Of a DNA stretch of 64,000 nt, positions 9,719 through 18,751 are shown piece by piece; within the stretch, counting starts at the first letter, position 1, and the number at the start of each line of letters is the position of its first letter. This DNA comes from Minisyncoccota bacterium (GTDB lineage Bacteria > Patescibacteriota > Minisyncoccia > Phycocordibacterales > DATDSR01), in assembly GCA_036517655.1 (NCBI GenBank), contig DATDVE010000013.1:28364-92363 (forward strand), written 5' to 3'. A program made the position numbers and the translations under genes. The notes beneath the pieces are model-generated. The model searched no databases. It saw only the letters and a program-made list of their open reading frames with translations, and was not told the origin of the DNA.

Positions 9719-10264
9719 GTGGCTAAGCAAGAACTAAAACAAGAACGCGGTTGGTACGCTATACATACTTATGCCGGCTACGAGAACACTGTGTTGAGAA
9801 ATCTCAAACAGCGCATTGATAGTTTGGGTATGCAAGGCAAAATTTTCGCCGCGATTGTGCCGGTTGAGAAAAAGATCAAGATTAAGGGCGGCAAGCGTGT
9901 GAACACAGAAGAGAAGATCTACCCTGGCTACGTGCTTGTAGATATGATCGTAGATGACGAGAGTTGGTACGTGGTGCGCAATACTCCCAGAGTAACCGGC
10001 TTCGTCGGTTCGGGCACCACGCCCGTGCCCCTATCTGAAGAAGAAATTAAAAAGATTTTCTCGCGCATGGGCGAGGATGTGGCTCGGCACAATATTGATC
10101 TTGAAGTTGGCGAGGAAGTGAAAATTGAAGACGGGCCCTTTAAAGATCTGGAAGGCAAAGTAAACGAAGTAGATGACGTGCGCGGCAAGGTGAAAGTGCT
10201 CGTAAATATGTTCGGTCGCGAGACACCAGTCGAACTAGACTTTTTACAGGTTAAGAAAATCTGA
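9719..10264 (+). CDS. nusG: Transcription termination/antitermination factor NusG
   Basis: WYAIHT, YPGYV, VTGFVG and [12 protein letters not shown] motifs. Confidence 0.98.
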   Translation: MAKQELKQERGWYAIHTYAGYENTVLRNLKQRIDSLGMQGKIFAAIVPVEKKIKIKGGKRVNTEEKIYPGYVLVDMIVDDESWYVVRNTPRVTGFVGSGTTPVPLSEEEIKKIFSRMGEDVARHNIDLEVGEEVKIEDGPFKDLEGKVNEVDDVRGKVKVLVNMFGRETPVELDFLQVKKI

Positions 10265-10686
10265 TGGCAAAAAAAATTACAAAGAAAGTGAAGGTGCAGG
10301 CTATGGGTGGTGCAGCTACTCCTGCTCCTCCGCTTGGGCCCACACTTGGTCAGACGGGTATCAATATCGGTGAGTTCATTAAGCGCTTCAACGATGCAAC
10401 TAAAGATATGCGTGGAGAAGTGGTGCCAGCCGAGATTAGTATCTATGAGGATCGCTCATTCGATTTTGTTCTCAAGACGTCTCCCGCCTCACAATTGATT
10501 CTCAAAGCGATTGGCAAGGACAAAGGTTCGGGTACACCCAATACTGCAAAGGTAGGCAAGATCAGTAAAGCGCAGATCAAAGAAATTGCCGAGAAGAAAA
10601 TGGCAGACTTAAATGCTAAAGACTTAGAAGGAGCAATGCGAATCATCGAAGGCTCTGCCAGGAGCATGGGAGTAGACGTCAAGTAA
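10264..10686 (+). CDS. rplK: 50S ribosomal protein L11
   Basis: ATPAPPLGP and GSARSMG motifs. Confidence 0.98.
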   Translation: MAKKITKKVKVQAMGGAATPAPPLGPTLGQTGINIGEFIKRFNDATKDMRGEVVPAEISIYEDRSFDFVLKTSPASQLILKAIGKDKGSGTPNTAKVGKISKAQIKEIAEKKMADLNAKDLEGAMRIIEGSARSMGVDVK

Positions 10687-10763
10687 GACAAGAAAATAGA
10701 GTGAACGAAAAGGGGCCCGCTCGCGCGTGGCCCCGGACTCTCGTCTTTCTTGTTCAGTGAGCT

Positions 10764-11138
10764 TTAGTTAGCATTCAGGATGAACTGCCGCACGGTGCGC
10801 CTGAACTTGCGTACGAGCTCCGGGTGCATGCCCGGCGAAGTTCGAAGCGTGCCACCGTTCTCGCGTAATTGCTCGAGGAGCGCTGGCAGGTCCTTCTCCT
10901 CAAGCGGGCACATGCTCCTGACCTCGTCCTCCGCAAGCGGACGGCAGTCAATGCCGATGCCGCCTTTGATCGGGTACCAGAGGCGGACCGTGCCGTCGTT
11001 TCCGTCCATGGCCAGGCCCTCATGGACCTTCTTGTTCCCGTACGTCAGGTACGTTACGGCTCGCAGGTTCGTGCCTCGGAAAGCTTGCCATCTTCCGAAA
11101 GCGGCTTTTCCTCTTCTGCCGATTGCCTTTGTCCTCAT
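10764..11138 (-). CDS. GC-rich orphan hypothetical protein
   Basis: 124-aa ORF, GGTGGAG before ATG, divergent from the dUTPase-like gene, hairpin at ~10708-10737. Confidence 0.5.
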   Translation of the reverse strand: MRTKAIGRRGKAAFGRWQAFRGTNLRAVTYLTYGNKKVHEGLAMDGNDGTVRLWYPIKGGIGIDCRPLAEDEVRSMCPLEEKDLPALLEQLRENGGTLRTSPGMHPELVRKFRRTVRQFILNAN

Positions 11139-11191
11139 GCTCCACCCCCCGGCTTATTATACGATATAATTAAACAAGGAGGGACTGGCCA

Positions 11192-11845
11192 ATGCCTGAG
11201 TCCAAGCAGCTCTTTTTACGCGCGATTCCGGATATCAAGGACACCGCCGGACAAGTTCCCGCGAGTGCGGAGGAGATACCTGTCCTGGTCCTGCCCGGCG
11301 GTCGGCCGCCAAAGCGACAGAATGAGGACGATGTGGGCTACGATGCCTCAACTAGGGCCATCATCTGCCCCAGTCTCGCCTTCGACGACGTCAATCCCGC
11401 CATGCGCAAGACGCTCTTCGACTTCAAGGAGCCCGCCCACGATCATACGCACCGCGGCAAGATCAAGCTTATTCCTGGTCGCGGAAATCCGGACGAGTGG
11501 GTCTGGATGATGGAGCCGGGTGAGCACGTCTTCCTGGGTCTGGGGGTCGTGCTCGGACTCACCAGTCCGTGGCGCGCCCACACCGTGCCACGAGGCTCGA
11601 CGCCGAATCGTCACTTCCTCATGTTGCTCGACGCCACGGTGCCGATCGATTCCGGTTTCCGCGGCGAGCCAGTTGCGCATCTTTGGCACACGGGGAAGGA
11701 ATCCTTTCCCCTTCGCCACGGCAATCGGTTTGTCCAGTTCGAATTCTGGAAGGCCGAGTTGCCCACGCTCGTGCAACTGCCACCCGGCGAAGTTCTGCCG
11801 GTCGGTATCCGGGGCACAAATTGCAACGGTTCAACCAGGGAGTAG
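11192..11845 (+). CDS. Divergent trimeric dUTPase-like protein (second copy)
   Basis: All five motifs recognisable but altered: VGYDA, PRGS, IDSGFRGE, GNRFVQ, RGTNCNGST; AAGGAGGG SD. Confidence 0.75.
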   Translation: MPESKQLFLRAIPDIKDTAGQVPASAEEIPVLVLPGGRPPKRQNEDDVGYDASTRAIICPSLAFDDVNPAMRKTLFDFKEPAHDHTHRGKIKLIPGRGNPDEWVWMMEPGEHVFLGLGVVLGLTSPWRAHTVPRGSTPNRHFLMLLDATVPIDSGFRGEPVAHLWHTGKESFPLRHGNRFVQFEFWKAELPTLVQLPPGEVLPVGIRGTNCNGSTRE

Positions 11846-12361
11846 TGACCTCGCGCGCTCACGTATCTCGAAGTGGAAGGGGGGATTGTCCGGTCCGGCG
11901 GGCGATCCCTCTTCTTTTTTTACTACTTCAAATTCGTTTTCGTATTCGGGGAAGTAGACATCACCTTCGGCGTTGCTGTCTACGATAGTGAGATACAATC
12001 TGTCCGTATATGGCAGTGCTTGTTTATAAATTTCTCCGCCGCCGATTATGAAAATCTCATCACTATTTTCTGCCCGAGCAATCTCAAGGGCCTGCTCTAA
12101 CGATTCGGCTACTAGGTATCCGAAATTTGAACTTTGCGTTTTGAACTTTGCGCTTTGAGTTAGCACTATATTCGTGCGGCCAGGCAACACTCTCCCTATT
12201 GATTCAAAGGTTTTGCGCCCCATGATTATGGGATGACCCATGGTGAGGCTCTTGAACCGTGGCAGGTCTCCAGGAATGTGCCAAATTAAGCTGCCAGCCT
12301 TGCCTATGGCTCTAGTTTTGGACGATAGGGCGGCGATAATCGATATTCTTGGCTTTGTCAT
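11831..12361 (-). CDS. folA: Dihydrofolate reductase
   Basis: AIG..G.LIWHIPGDL.RFK, IMGRKTFESI, IIGGGEIY and GDVYFP; true start ATG 12361. Confidence 0.95.
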   Translation of the reverse strand: MTKPRISIIAALSSKTRAIGKAGSLIWHIPGDLPRFKSLTMGHPIIMGRKTFESIGRVLPGRTNIVLTQSAKFKTQSSNFGYLVAESLEQALEIARAENSDEIFIIGGGEIYKQALPYTDRLYLTIVDSNAEGDVYFPEYENEFEVVKKEEGSPAGPDNPPFHFEIRERARSLLPG

Positions 12362-12391
12362 GCCCTTCCAGTATACTTCTACCCAAGACTT

Positions 12392-13018
12392 ATGGCCAAA
12401 GTAGCAAAAATAAGTAGCAAGAATGGCAAGATAAGTAATAGGGGGATTTTCGGCTCGGGCTCGAACTTCTCCGATCGCTCTTTCGCCGATTACAAGAAGC
12501 TCAAAGCCTGCATTGATCATTGCAAGGGTCTGGGGCTCAAAATTATTCTCACTCAAGGTTCTTGGGATATGGCCCATATTGGTCACGCGCGATACTTCGA
12601 AGAAGCCAAGAAGCACGGTGATCTCCTCGTCGTGGGTGTAGATAGCGACGATAAGATCAGGAAGCGCAAAGGTCCGGGCAGGCCTGTTGTGCCCCAGGAC
12701 GAGCGTCTCGAGATGCTCTCGCACTTGCGTCACGTAGATATCGTCGTGCTCAAGGAGGCACATTATCCCAAATGGCATCTCATCAAGACAATTAGGCCCG
12801 ATGTCCTCTGGACAGTTAGGGAGACTTATAACGACAAGCAGAGACGCGAGCTCAAGAAATATTGCGGGCAAGTGTTGATTAGCCCGCGCATGGCCACAAC
12901 TTCTACTTCGGCCAAGATAAGACTAATGCAGATTAACACTGCCCAGCACTTGAAGCAGACACTGACACCCAAAGTGATGAGTGTGATCGAGGCGGTGCTC
13001 TCGGGAGAGAAAGCTTAG
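12392..13018 (+). CDS. Cytidylyltransferase-like (HIGH) nucleotidyltransferase, RfaE-domain-II-like
   Basis: GSWDMAHIGH, LVVGVDSD..IRKRKG.GRPV and STS..I motifs. Confidence 0.85.
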   Translation: MAKVAKISSKNGKISNRGIFGSGSNFSDRSFADYKKLKACIDHCKGLGLKIILTQGSWDMAHIGHARYFEEAKKHGDLLVVGVDSDDKIRKRKGPGRPVVPQDERLEMLSHLRHVDIVVLKEAHYPKWHLIKTIRPDVLWTVRETYNDKQRRELKKYCGQVLISPRMATTSTSAKIRLMQINTAQHLKQTLTPKVMSVIEAVLSGEKA

Positions 13019-13026
13019 AAAGATTA

Positions 13027-13857
13027 ATGAAACTTGTCGCCTATATTCCTGTCTTGCACAAAGGCTATCTTGATCTATTCTCCCGGCACAAAGATTGCCG
13101 CGAACTTGCCATAATCGGCGAAGAAATTTTAGCCGACTTTGATCACGTAATTCGCAAAGACATCCGTCGCATTCCATCTGAACAAATGAAGCAAGCAATT
13201 GAAGCACTAGAACTATTTGATAAAGTAGAAATTCTCGACAAAAAGTTTGCAACTTCACTTGGCGCCCAGGGCGCCAAGTTAGTGATGTCAGATGATGAGA
13301 TTACTCGCACGCTTGCCAGTAGTGAGCTTAAGAAATGCGAGATAGAGTGGGACAAGGCATTCTTGCGTTGGCATCGCGACAACACGCTCGAAGAGCAAGC
13401 TACTGATCCAGACGAAACTGTCTCTCTCAAAGAAGTAGATCGGGAGCTTATGGGTAAAGCGAGAGAGAAGGGAAGTGAGAGTCTCGATTGGTATCGGCAG
13501 GTGGGGGCTTTGCTTGTGCGTGATGGGGAAATTCTGCTTAGTGCCGTAAACACTCATATGCCAAGTCCCACACAGGCTTATCAAGTCGGTGATCCAAGGA
13601 GTGTGTATAAGCGCAATTTGAATATAGAAATTTCGAGCGCTATGCACTCGGAGGCGGCAATAATTTCTGAAGCAGCCAGGCGGGGGATCAAAACAGAAGG
13701 CTGCTCTGTCTACGTCACAGATTTCCCCTGCCCGCCATGTGCCAAAGTATTATCGCACTCCGGTATAAAAAAATTATACTACGCCGGAGGCTACGCGGTC
13801 TTAGATGGGGGAATAGTCTTGAAAGATGCGGGGATCAAACTAATCAGAGTTAAATAG
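13027..13857 (+). CDS. dCMP-deaminase-family protein with an extra N-terminal Rossmannoid-like domain
   Basis: C-terminal HSE...PCPPC Zn motif and RQVGA; N-terminal PVLHKGY resembles a degenerate HIGH motif. Confidence 0.8.
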   Translation: MKLVAYIPVLHKGYLDLFSRHKDCRELAIIGEEILADFDHVIRKDIRRIPSEQMKQAIEALELFDKVEILDKKFATSLGAQGAKLVMSDDEITRTLASSELKKCEIEWDKAFLRWHRDNTLEEQATDPDETVSLKEVDRELMGKAREKGSESLDWYRQVGALLVRDGEILLSAVNTHMPSPTQAYQVGDPRSVYKRNLNIEISSAMHSEAAIISEAARRGIKTEGCSVYVTDFPCPPCAKVLSHSGIKKLYYAGGYAVLDGGIVLKDAGIKLIRVK

Positions 13858-13865
13858 TAGCTCGC

Positions 13866-13910
13866 GATCGGAGAGCAAAACCCCGAAGGGTATTTGCTTC
13901 TCCGACCGCT
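13866..13910. terminator. Long hairpin between convergent genes
   Basis: TCGGAGAGCAAA-ACCC-CGAA-GGGT-ATTTGCTTCTCCGA. Confidence 0.55.
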
Positions 13911-13927
13911 CGCTTTATGTGTGAGAC

Positions 13928-14548
13928 CTAGCCTTCGGTGGCGACTGCGTTCGGTCGCGGCTTTTCCGAGAAGCCCTTGCCGTCCCAGTCGCGCGGCATC
14001 TCGGTGTTGAAGCGATCAGATAGGAAAGCTTCGAGATGTCCCTCGTCGCGAAGTCGCTCGTAGATCGCCGCGAAGCGCCCGGCCCGTGCCGCGCTCTCGG
14101 CGTTCTCTTCGGGTTCCTTGGCGAGCGTCATCTGCACCCGCCCCGTCCCATCTGGTTCCCAGAGGTTCCAGTGGAAGTGCTCGATCGAGCCGGCGTTGAA
14201 CATCGGGTCGCCGAAGCGCAGTCCCAGGCCACCGCCCTTCATGTCGTACTCGTCAAGGGCCCAGCAGAAGAAGTGGAGGAACTCCAACCACTCCTCGTTC
14301 ATGAAGTCGTTCGGCGTAGTGATGTGGTTCTTGGGCACGATGAGCAGGTGCTTCTTGGTGTGCTTGTGTGGCGGATTGCACCACAGGAGCCTGACGTGGT
14401 TGCCCTCGATGATGATCTTGGTCGGATCGACTTTGCAGAAGGGGCAAGCGCTCCCGCCCGCCTCCATGCTCGCCCGGGTCTTCACGTACTGCTCGAGCTG
14501 GCGGCAGCCTTTAAGGCGCTGCAGATCGAATGCTGTGAGTTCCCTCGT
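13928..14548 (-). CDS. GC-rich HIT-superfamily protein (HxHxN)
   Basis: CPFC, HLLIVPK.H, RFGD and GSIEHFHWN; the frame is open upstream of the track's GTG (14485) to an SD-preceded ACG at 14548. Confidence 0.75.
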   Translation of the reverse strand, partial: TRELTAFDLQRLKGCRQLEQYVKTRASMEAGGSACPFCKVDPTKIIIEGNHVRLLWCNPPHKHTKKHLLIVPKNHITTPNDFMNEEWLEFLHFFCWALDEYDMKGGGLGLRFGDPMFNAGSIEHFHWNLWEPDGTGRVQMTLAKEPEENAESAARAGRFAAIYERLRDEGHLEAFLSDRFNTEMPRDWDGKGFSEKPRPNAVATEG

Positions 14549-14605
14549 GACGCACCTCCCTGTCCCACTTTTGCGGGACTCTTTCTTGGGTTAAGCTAGC
14601 ACAAA

Positions 14606-15079
14606 TTAGGCAGAAGGCAAGTTTGTTTTGTAGGCAAGTTTTACTTTCAGTTTTTCGTTCTCTTTGCCAAGAGAGTCAAGACGAGGAACGCCCGAGATTA
14701 GTTGAGCATGGATATGTTTGACTGTTGAACCGGTGTATTCCATGTCGCCGAAGCGCATGAAGACCGAACCTCCCGCAATTGCAAATTCTCTCTCCGCCCA
14801 CTGCATGAGACTGATTAGTTCTTCGCCCGCCTTACTTGGCAACTCGCTTAATTTCTCGTAATGAGATTTTGCAATAGCAAGCAAGTGTATGCGCGTGCCT
14901 TCGTATGGCCACTGATTCTTGGTTAGGATCCAATAGTCGCTTTCTTTGAGCACTGGCTCTTTGTGATACTTAGTTAAATTTTCTAAGCAGAAGGGACAAT
15001 GTCCTTCGGCTACGATCGTCTCCATCACCCGACGTTGTTCGTCGAGGCGGGAATTATCAAGATTTACGAAATAGCTCAT
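14606..15079 (-). CDS. HIT-superfamily protein (HxHxQ)
   Basis: CPFC, N.WPY, HLLAI..H, RFGD and GSTVKHIHAQ. Confidence 0.85.
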   Translation of the reverse strand: MSYFVNLDNSRLDEQRRVMETIVAEGHCPFCLENLTKYHKEPVLKESDYWILTKNQWPYEGTRIHLLAIAKSHYEKLSELPSKAGEELISLMQWAEREFAIAGGSVFMRFGDMEYTGSTVKHIHAQLISGVPRLDSLGKENEKLKVKLAYKTNLPSA

Positions 15080-15095
15080 GATCTAGATTGTCATA

Positions 15096-16013
15096 TTAAA
15101 TAGCCACGGGTATACCCTTTATCCCTGGGTGCGGATTATAGTCGCTTAACTCGAAATCATCTTTCCTGAATTCAAATAAATCTTTTTTGGCCGTATTAAT
15201 AGTCATGGTAGGCAGGGCTCTCGGTTCGCGAGCGAGCATTGTCTCCACGGCCGGCACTTGATTAACGAATATGTGCGCGTCAGATATCGTGTGCACATAT
15301 TCGTACGGCTCAAGATCAAGCACTTGAGCGAGGGCAAGTGTGAGCGCGCCGTATTGGATCATATTCGAGGGGACACCCACGGGTACGTCGCCAGATCTCT
15401 GGAACATGTGCAGGGTGAGTTTGCCATTCATGACACGCAAGTGGATCCAACCATGACAGGGTGCCACTACCACTTTCTGCACTTTGCCACCGCCTCTGTA
15501 TGTGTACTGTGGAATCCAGGGAGTGATGAGATGAGTTTTCAAATGAGGTAGTTCTCGTATTTGTTTTATTATCTCGGCAAACTGATTTACTCCCTTGCCA
15601 TCGCTTGTGGGAAAGTCATGAAAGGCGGCGCCGTATGAACCCGGGCCCAAGTCACCAGTCGCAAGGCCGCGCTTAGAACACTTGGCTTCAGTAACCCAAT
15701 CCTTCCACCAGAAGCAGCCAAATTTCTCTAATTCTTCTTGGGTGTGAGCGCCGTTGATAAAGCCGAAGATTTCGCCGATTGCTTGACGCCAGACAGTTAC
15801 TGGCAAATGTTCAGATTCTTTGGGCGCCATATTTCGCTCGGTGATCATGGGGAAGCCGTTTGAGAGTTTGAAGTGCATCTGCACTCCGATCTTGCTGATC
15901 GTGTCTACTTCCTGCTGGCTCTTATCGCGCTGCCCCTCGGCGAGAATTGTCTTGAGAACATTCCTGTACTGCTCATCCGGTGTGCGCTCTGTGAGAGGGT
16001 GGGGCTTATACAT
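15096..16013 (-). CDS. thyA: Thymidylate synthase
   Basis: PCH, QRSGD.PVGVPSN, DAHI and C-terminal PVAI; start ATG 16013. Confidence 0.95.
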   Translation of the reverse strand: MYKPHPLTERTPDEQYRNVLKTILAEGQRDKSQQEVDTISKIGVQMHFKLSNGFPMITERNMAPKESEHLPVTVWRQAIGEIFGFINGAHTQEELEKFGCFWWKDWVTEAKCSKRGLATGDLGPGSYGAAFHDFPTSDGKGVNQFAEIIKQIRELPHLKTHLITPWIPQYTYRGGGKVQKVVVAPCHGWIHLRVMNGKLTLHMFQRSGDVPVGVPSNMIQYGALTLALAQVLDLEPYEYVHTISDAHIFVNQVPAVETMLAREPRALPTMTINTAKKDLFEFRKDDFELSDYNPHPGIKGIPVAI

Positions 16014-16038
16014 GTCTAGTATTGTATAATGTCCGGGC

Positions 16039-16461
16039 ATGGAGATAAAGGTGCGCAAATTATCACCCGAGGCCAAATTGCCGGCTTATAGTCACGCGGG
16101 TGACGCGGGCCTAGATCTCTTTGCCCTAGAGAACACAGAACTTGAACCGGGCGTACGGGCGCAAGTCAAAACTGGCATTGCTCTGGAGATTCCTGATGGC
16201 CACGTGGGTCTAATCTGGGACAAGAGCGGCTTGGCCCAGAAATTTGGACTCAAGACGCTCGGCGGTGTAGTGGACGCTACGTATAGAGGCGAAGTGTTGG
16301 TGGGAATTGCTAATATCAGCAAAGAGCGATATGTGGTAGAAGCGGGGCACAAAGTTGCCCAGATGTTGATCCAGAAAGTTGAACAAGTGACTGTAGTAGA
16401 AGTGAAAGAATTAACGCAAACGAATAGAGGCCAAAGCGGCTTCGGCAGCACCGGCAAATGA
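16039..16461 (+). CDS. dut: dUTP diphosphatase
   Basis: AGLDL, DKSG, VVDATYRGE, KVAQ and RGQSGFGSTG motifs. Confidence 0.95.
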   Translation: MEIKVRKLSPEAKLPAYSHAGDAGLDLFALENTELEPGVRAQVKTGIALEIPDGHVGLIWDKSGLAQKFGLKTLGGVVDATYRGEVLVGIANISKERYVVEAGHKVAQMLIQKVEQVTVVEVKELTQTNRGQSGFGSTGK

Positions 16462-18188
16462 CTTCGGAAATTATACACAAACAAATAGTCGAGGCGCTAA
16501 AGCGAGCTAACTTGCCCGAGAGCGATTTCGACGTTGAACTTGCGCGCGATTTTGCGCATGGCGATTATGCTAGCAACGTCGCCCTAATAGTAGGTAAGTC
16601 TACAGCGGTTGAACCGCTGGGAATAGCTGAAAAGTTACTGCCATATTTGGGTAATGATGGCGATGGATATATTGAGAAAGTTGAGATTGCCGGACCGGGC
16701 TTCCTGAACTTCTGGTTGTCAGAAAAGTATCATTCTAATGTTTTGCAAAAAGCTGCAATAGACCCCACTTCGCCAAGGCTTCGCGGGGCAAGGTGGGGCT
16801 GGAATGATAGTTTGCGCGGGAAGAAAGTGATGGTCGAGTACACGGATCCGAATGTTATGAAGCCATTTCATATTGGACACTTAATGTCTAACGCAATTGG
16901 CGAAAGTTTGTCGAGACTGTATGAAGCAAGCGGAGCCCAGGTGTCACGAACTAATTATTTTTCCGATGTTGGACTTGCTATCGCTAGAGCTGTTTGGGGC
17001 ATGAAAGAAATGAAGCAAACAATGCCCGCCGAGACGGTCGATGTGCGAGAGCGCACAGACTTTCTAGGTAAAGCTTATGCTTTTGGGGTGAAACAGGCAG
17101 AAGAAGACGAAAGCGTAATGAGCGAGGCGAAAGAAATAAATAGGCAGATTTACGTTAAGCAAGAAGGTGAATACCTTGAGCTTTACAACATTGGTAGACG
17201 TTGGTCTCTTGAGCATTTTGATTTGCTCTACAAGAAGTTGGGGAGCAATTTTGATCATTTGATTGCCGAGAGCGAAGTATCTAAACCGGGGCTCGAGATG
17301 AGTTGGCAAGCCCTCAAGCAAGGAATATTCACCGAGAGTGAGGGAGCAGTTGTTTTTCCCGAAGAGAAGTCCGGCCTGCACACTCGTGTGTTTGTGACCA
17401 AAGAGCAGTTGCCAACTTACGAGGCCAAAGAACTAGCACTCGTTGGGAAGAAACATGAACTCTTCCCGTTCGACTCATCTATTACTATCACAGCCAACGA
17501 GCAGAATGATTACTTCAAAGTTGTACTCAAAGCTGTAGATATTATCTTACCCGAGCTTGCGGGTAAAACTCGGCACGTCTCGCACGGCATGTTGCGTCTG
17601 CCTTCTGGCAAAATGAGCTCGCGCACGGGCAATGTTATTACTGGCGAGGCGCTCATAAATGATGTGGTTCTGAAAGCAAAAGAAAAGAATCCGGATGAGA
17701 AAATTGCCGAGGGTGTTGCAATCGGTGCGATTAAGTACTCTATACTCAAGCAGCAGCCGGGCAAAGATATTATTTTTGACTTCGAGAAGTCACTTTCGCT
17801 TGAGGGGGATAGTGGACCATATTTGCAATATGCTTATGCCCGAGCACGTTCGGTGCTAGAAAAATCCCAAAGTTCAAATCCCAAAGCTCAACCAAATCCC
17901 AATTTCCAAAATCTCAAACTCGGAGAACGGGAAAAGAAACTTGTGCGGGTGATTGCTAGATTTCCGGAGATTATCAAGAATGCGCAGGTACATCTTGCGC
18001 CGCAGAATATTTGCACTTACTTGATAGAGCTCGCTAGTGAGTTCAATAGCTTCTACGCAAGTAATCAGATAATTAATCCAGAAGATAAAGAGACTACGCA
18101 ACTGCGGCTAGTACTTACAGCGGCCGTTGCCCAGACGCTCTCGAACGGGTTATACACATTGGGTATCCCGGTGCTTGAGCATATGTAG
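16458..18188 (+). CDS. argS: Arginine--tRNA ligase
   Basis: GDYASN, GPGFLN, HIGH, KMSSRTG, GDSGPYLQY and a C-terminal M. Confidence 0.97.
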   Translation: MTSEIIHKQIVEALKRANLPESDFDVELARDFAHGDYASNVALIVGKSTAVEPLGIAEKLLPYLGNDGDGYIEKVEIAGPGFLNFWLSEKYHSNVLQKAAIDPTSPRLRGARWGWNDSLRGKKVMVEYTDPNVMKPFHIGHLMSNAIGESLSRLYEASGAQVSRTNYFSDVGLAIARAVWGMKEMKQTMPAETVDVRERTDFLGKAYAFGVKQAEEDESVMSEAKEINRQIYVKQEGEYLELYNIGRRWSLEHFDLLYKKLGSNFDHLIAESEVSKPGLEMSWQALKQGIFTESEGAVVFPEEKSGLHTRVFVTKEQLPTYEAKELALVGKKHELFPFDSSITITANEQNDYFKVVLKAVDIILPELAGKTRHVSHGMLRLPSGKMSSRTGNVITGEALINDVVLKAKEKNPDEKIAEGVAIGAIKYSILKQQPGKDIIFDFEKSLSLEGDSGPYLQYAYARARSVLEKSQSSNPKAQPNPNFQNLKLGEREKKLVRVIARFPEIIKNAQVHLAPQNICTYLIELASEFNSFYASNQIINPEDKETTQLRLVLTAAVAQTLSNGLYTLGIPVLEHM

Positions 18189-18200
18189 TAGAATATGAGG

Positions 18201-18296
18201 GCAAAATGCAGAGTTCAAAAATCAAAATTTCAGTTCAAAAATCAAAATTTTTAATTTTGCCTTTTACTTTTGCCCTTTGCCTTTTGAACTTTAACT
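18201..18296. repeat. Degenerate heptamer array followed by its reverse-complement array
   Basis: (T/G)CAAAA(T/A) units followed by TTTTG(C/A)N units. Confidence 0.8.
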
Positions 18297-18751
18297 TGGC
18301 ATTCGCGGCTCCTTGGTCTCTTGACCTTGTGAGTGCCGTGGATGGCACTGATCAGACCATAACTGTTACTCCGGGCGCGACAGTCAATCTGCGCGGTATT
18401 ATCTACGGTACACCGGGTGGGCAAACCTTCTTTACTTTTAGCTGTGGCAGTACTGTTGTGAAGAAGGGAGAGGTTATGGGGAAGCTTATCAATGACTTAG
18501 CTTGCACGTTGCCCGTAGCAGGCGTGCTTAACCCGAAACTTTCAGTCACGAGAGAGAGCGACGAGCAAACGCTGACAGAAGCTATTACGATCAATTTCAC
18601 CTACGGCAATCCTGGGTCGGATGCTGCGAAGGGTAATGAGGCAGATAATACAGAGAGGGGACGACTTGCCTGGTACGTTGTGGGTATCTTGTTGACAACC
18701 CTGGCTGGAATCATTTATTACACAAGGCAAAGCAGAGGAAGTCAATATTGA
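18206..18751 (+). CDS. Secreted protein with C-terminal membrane anchor
   Basis: Signal peptide ending AFA; C-terminal TM segment. Confidence 0.7.
   Translation: MQSSKIKISVQKSKFLILPFTFALCLLNFNLAFAAPWSLDLVSAVDGTDQTITVTPGATVNLRGIIYGTPGGQTFFTFSCGSTVVKKGEVMGKLINDLACTLPVAGVLNPKLSVTRESDEQTLTEAITINFTYGNPGSDAAKGNEADNTERGRLAWYVVGILLTTLAGIIYYTRQSRGSQY

Noticed and set aside
12362-12871. Long N-terminal extension of DHFR in the ORF track
   Set aside because: It is antisense to the well-supported nucleotidyltransferase; DHFR homology begins at 12361.
15096-16013. ThyA as a dCMP hydroxymethylase for DNA modification
   Set aside because: It keeps the dUMP-specifying Asn (GVPSN) and sits near folA, so it reads as a canonical thymidylate synthase.
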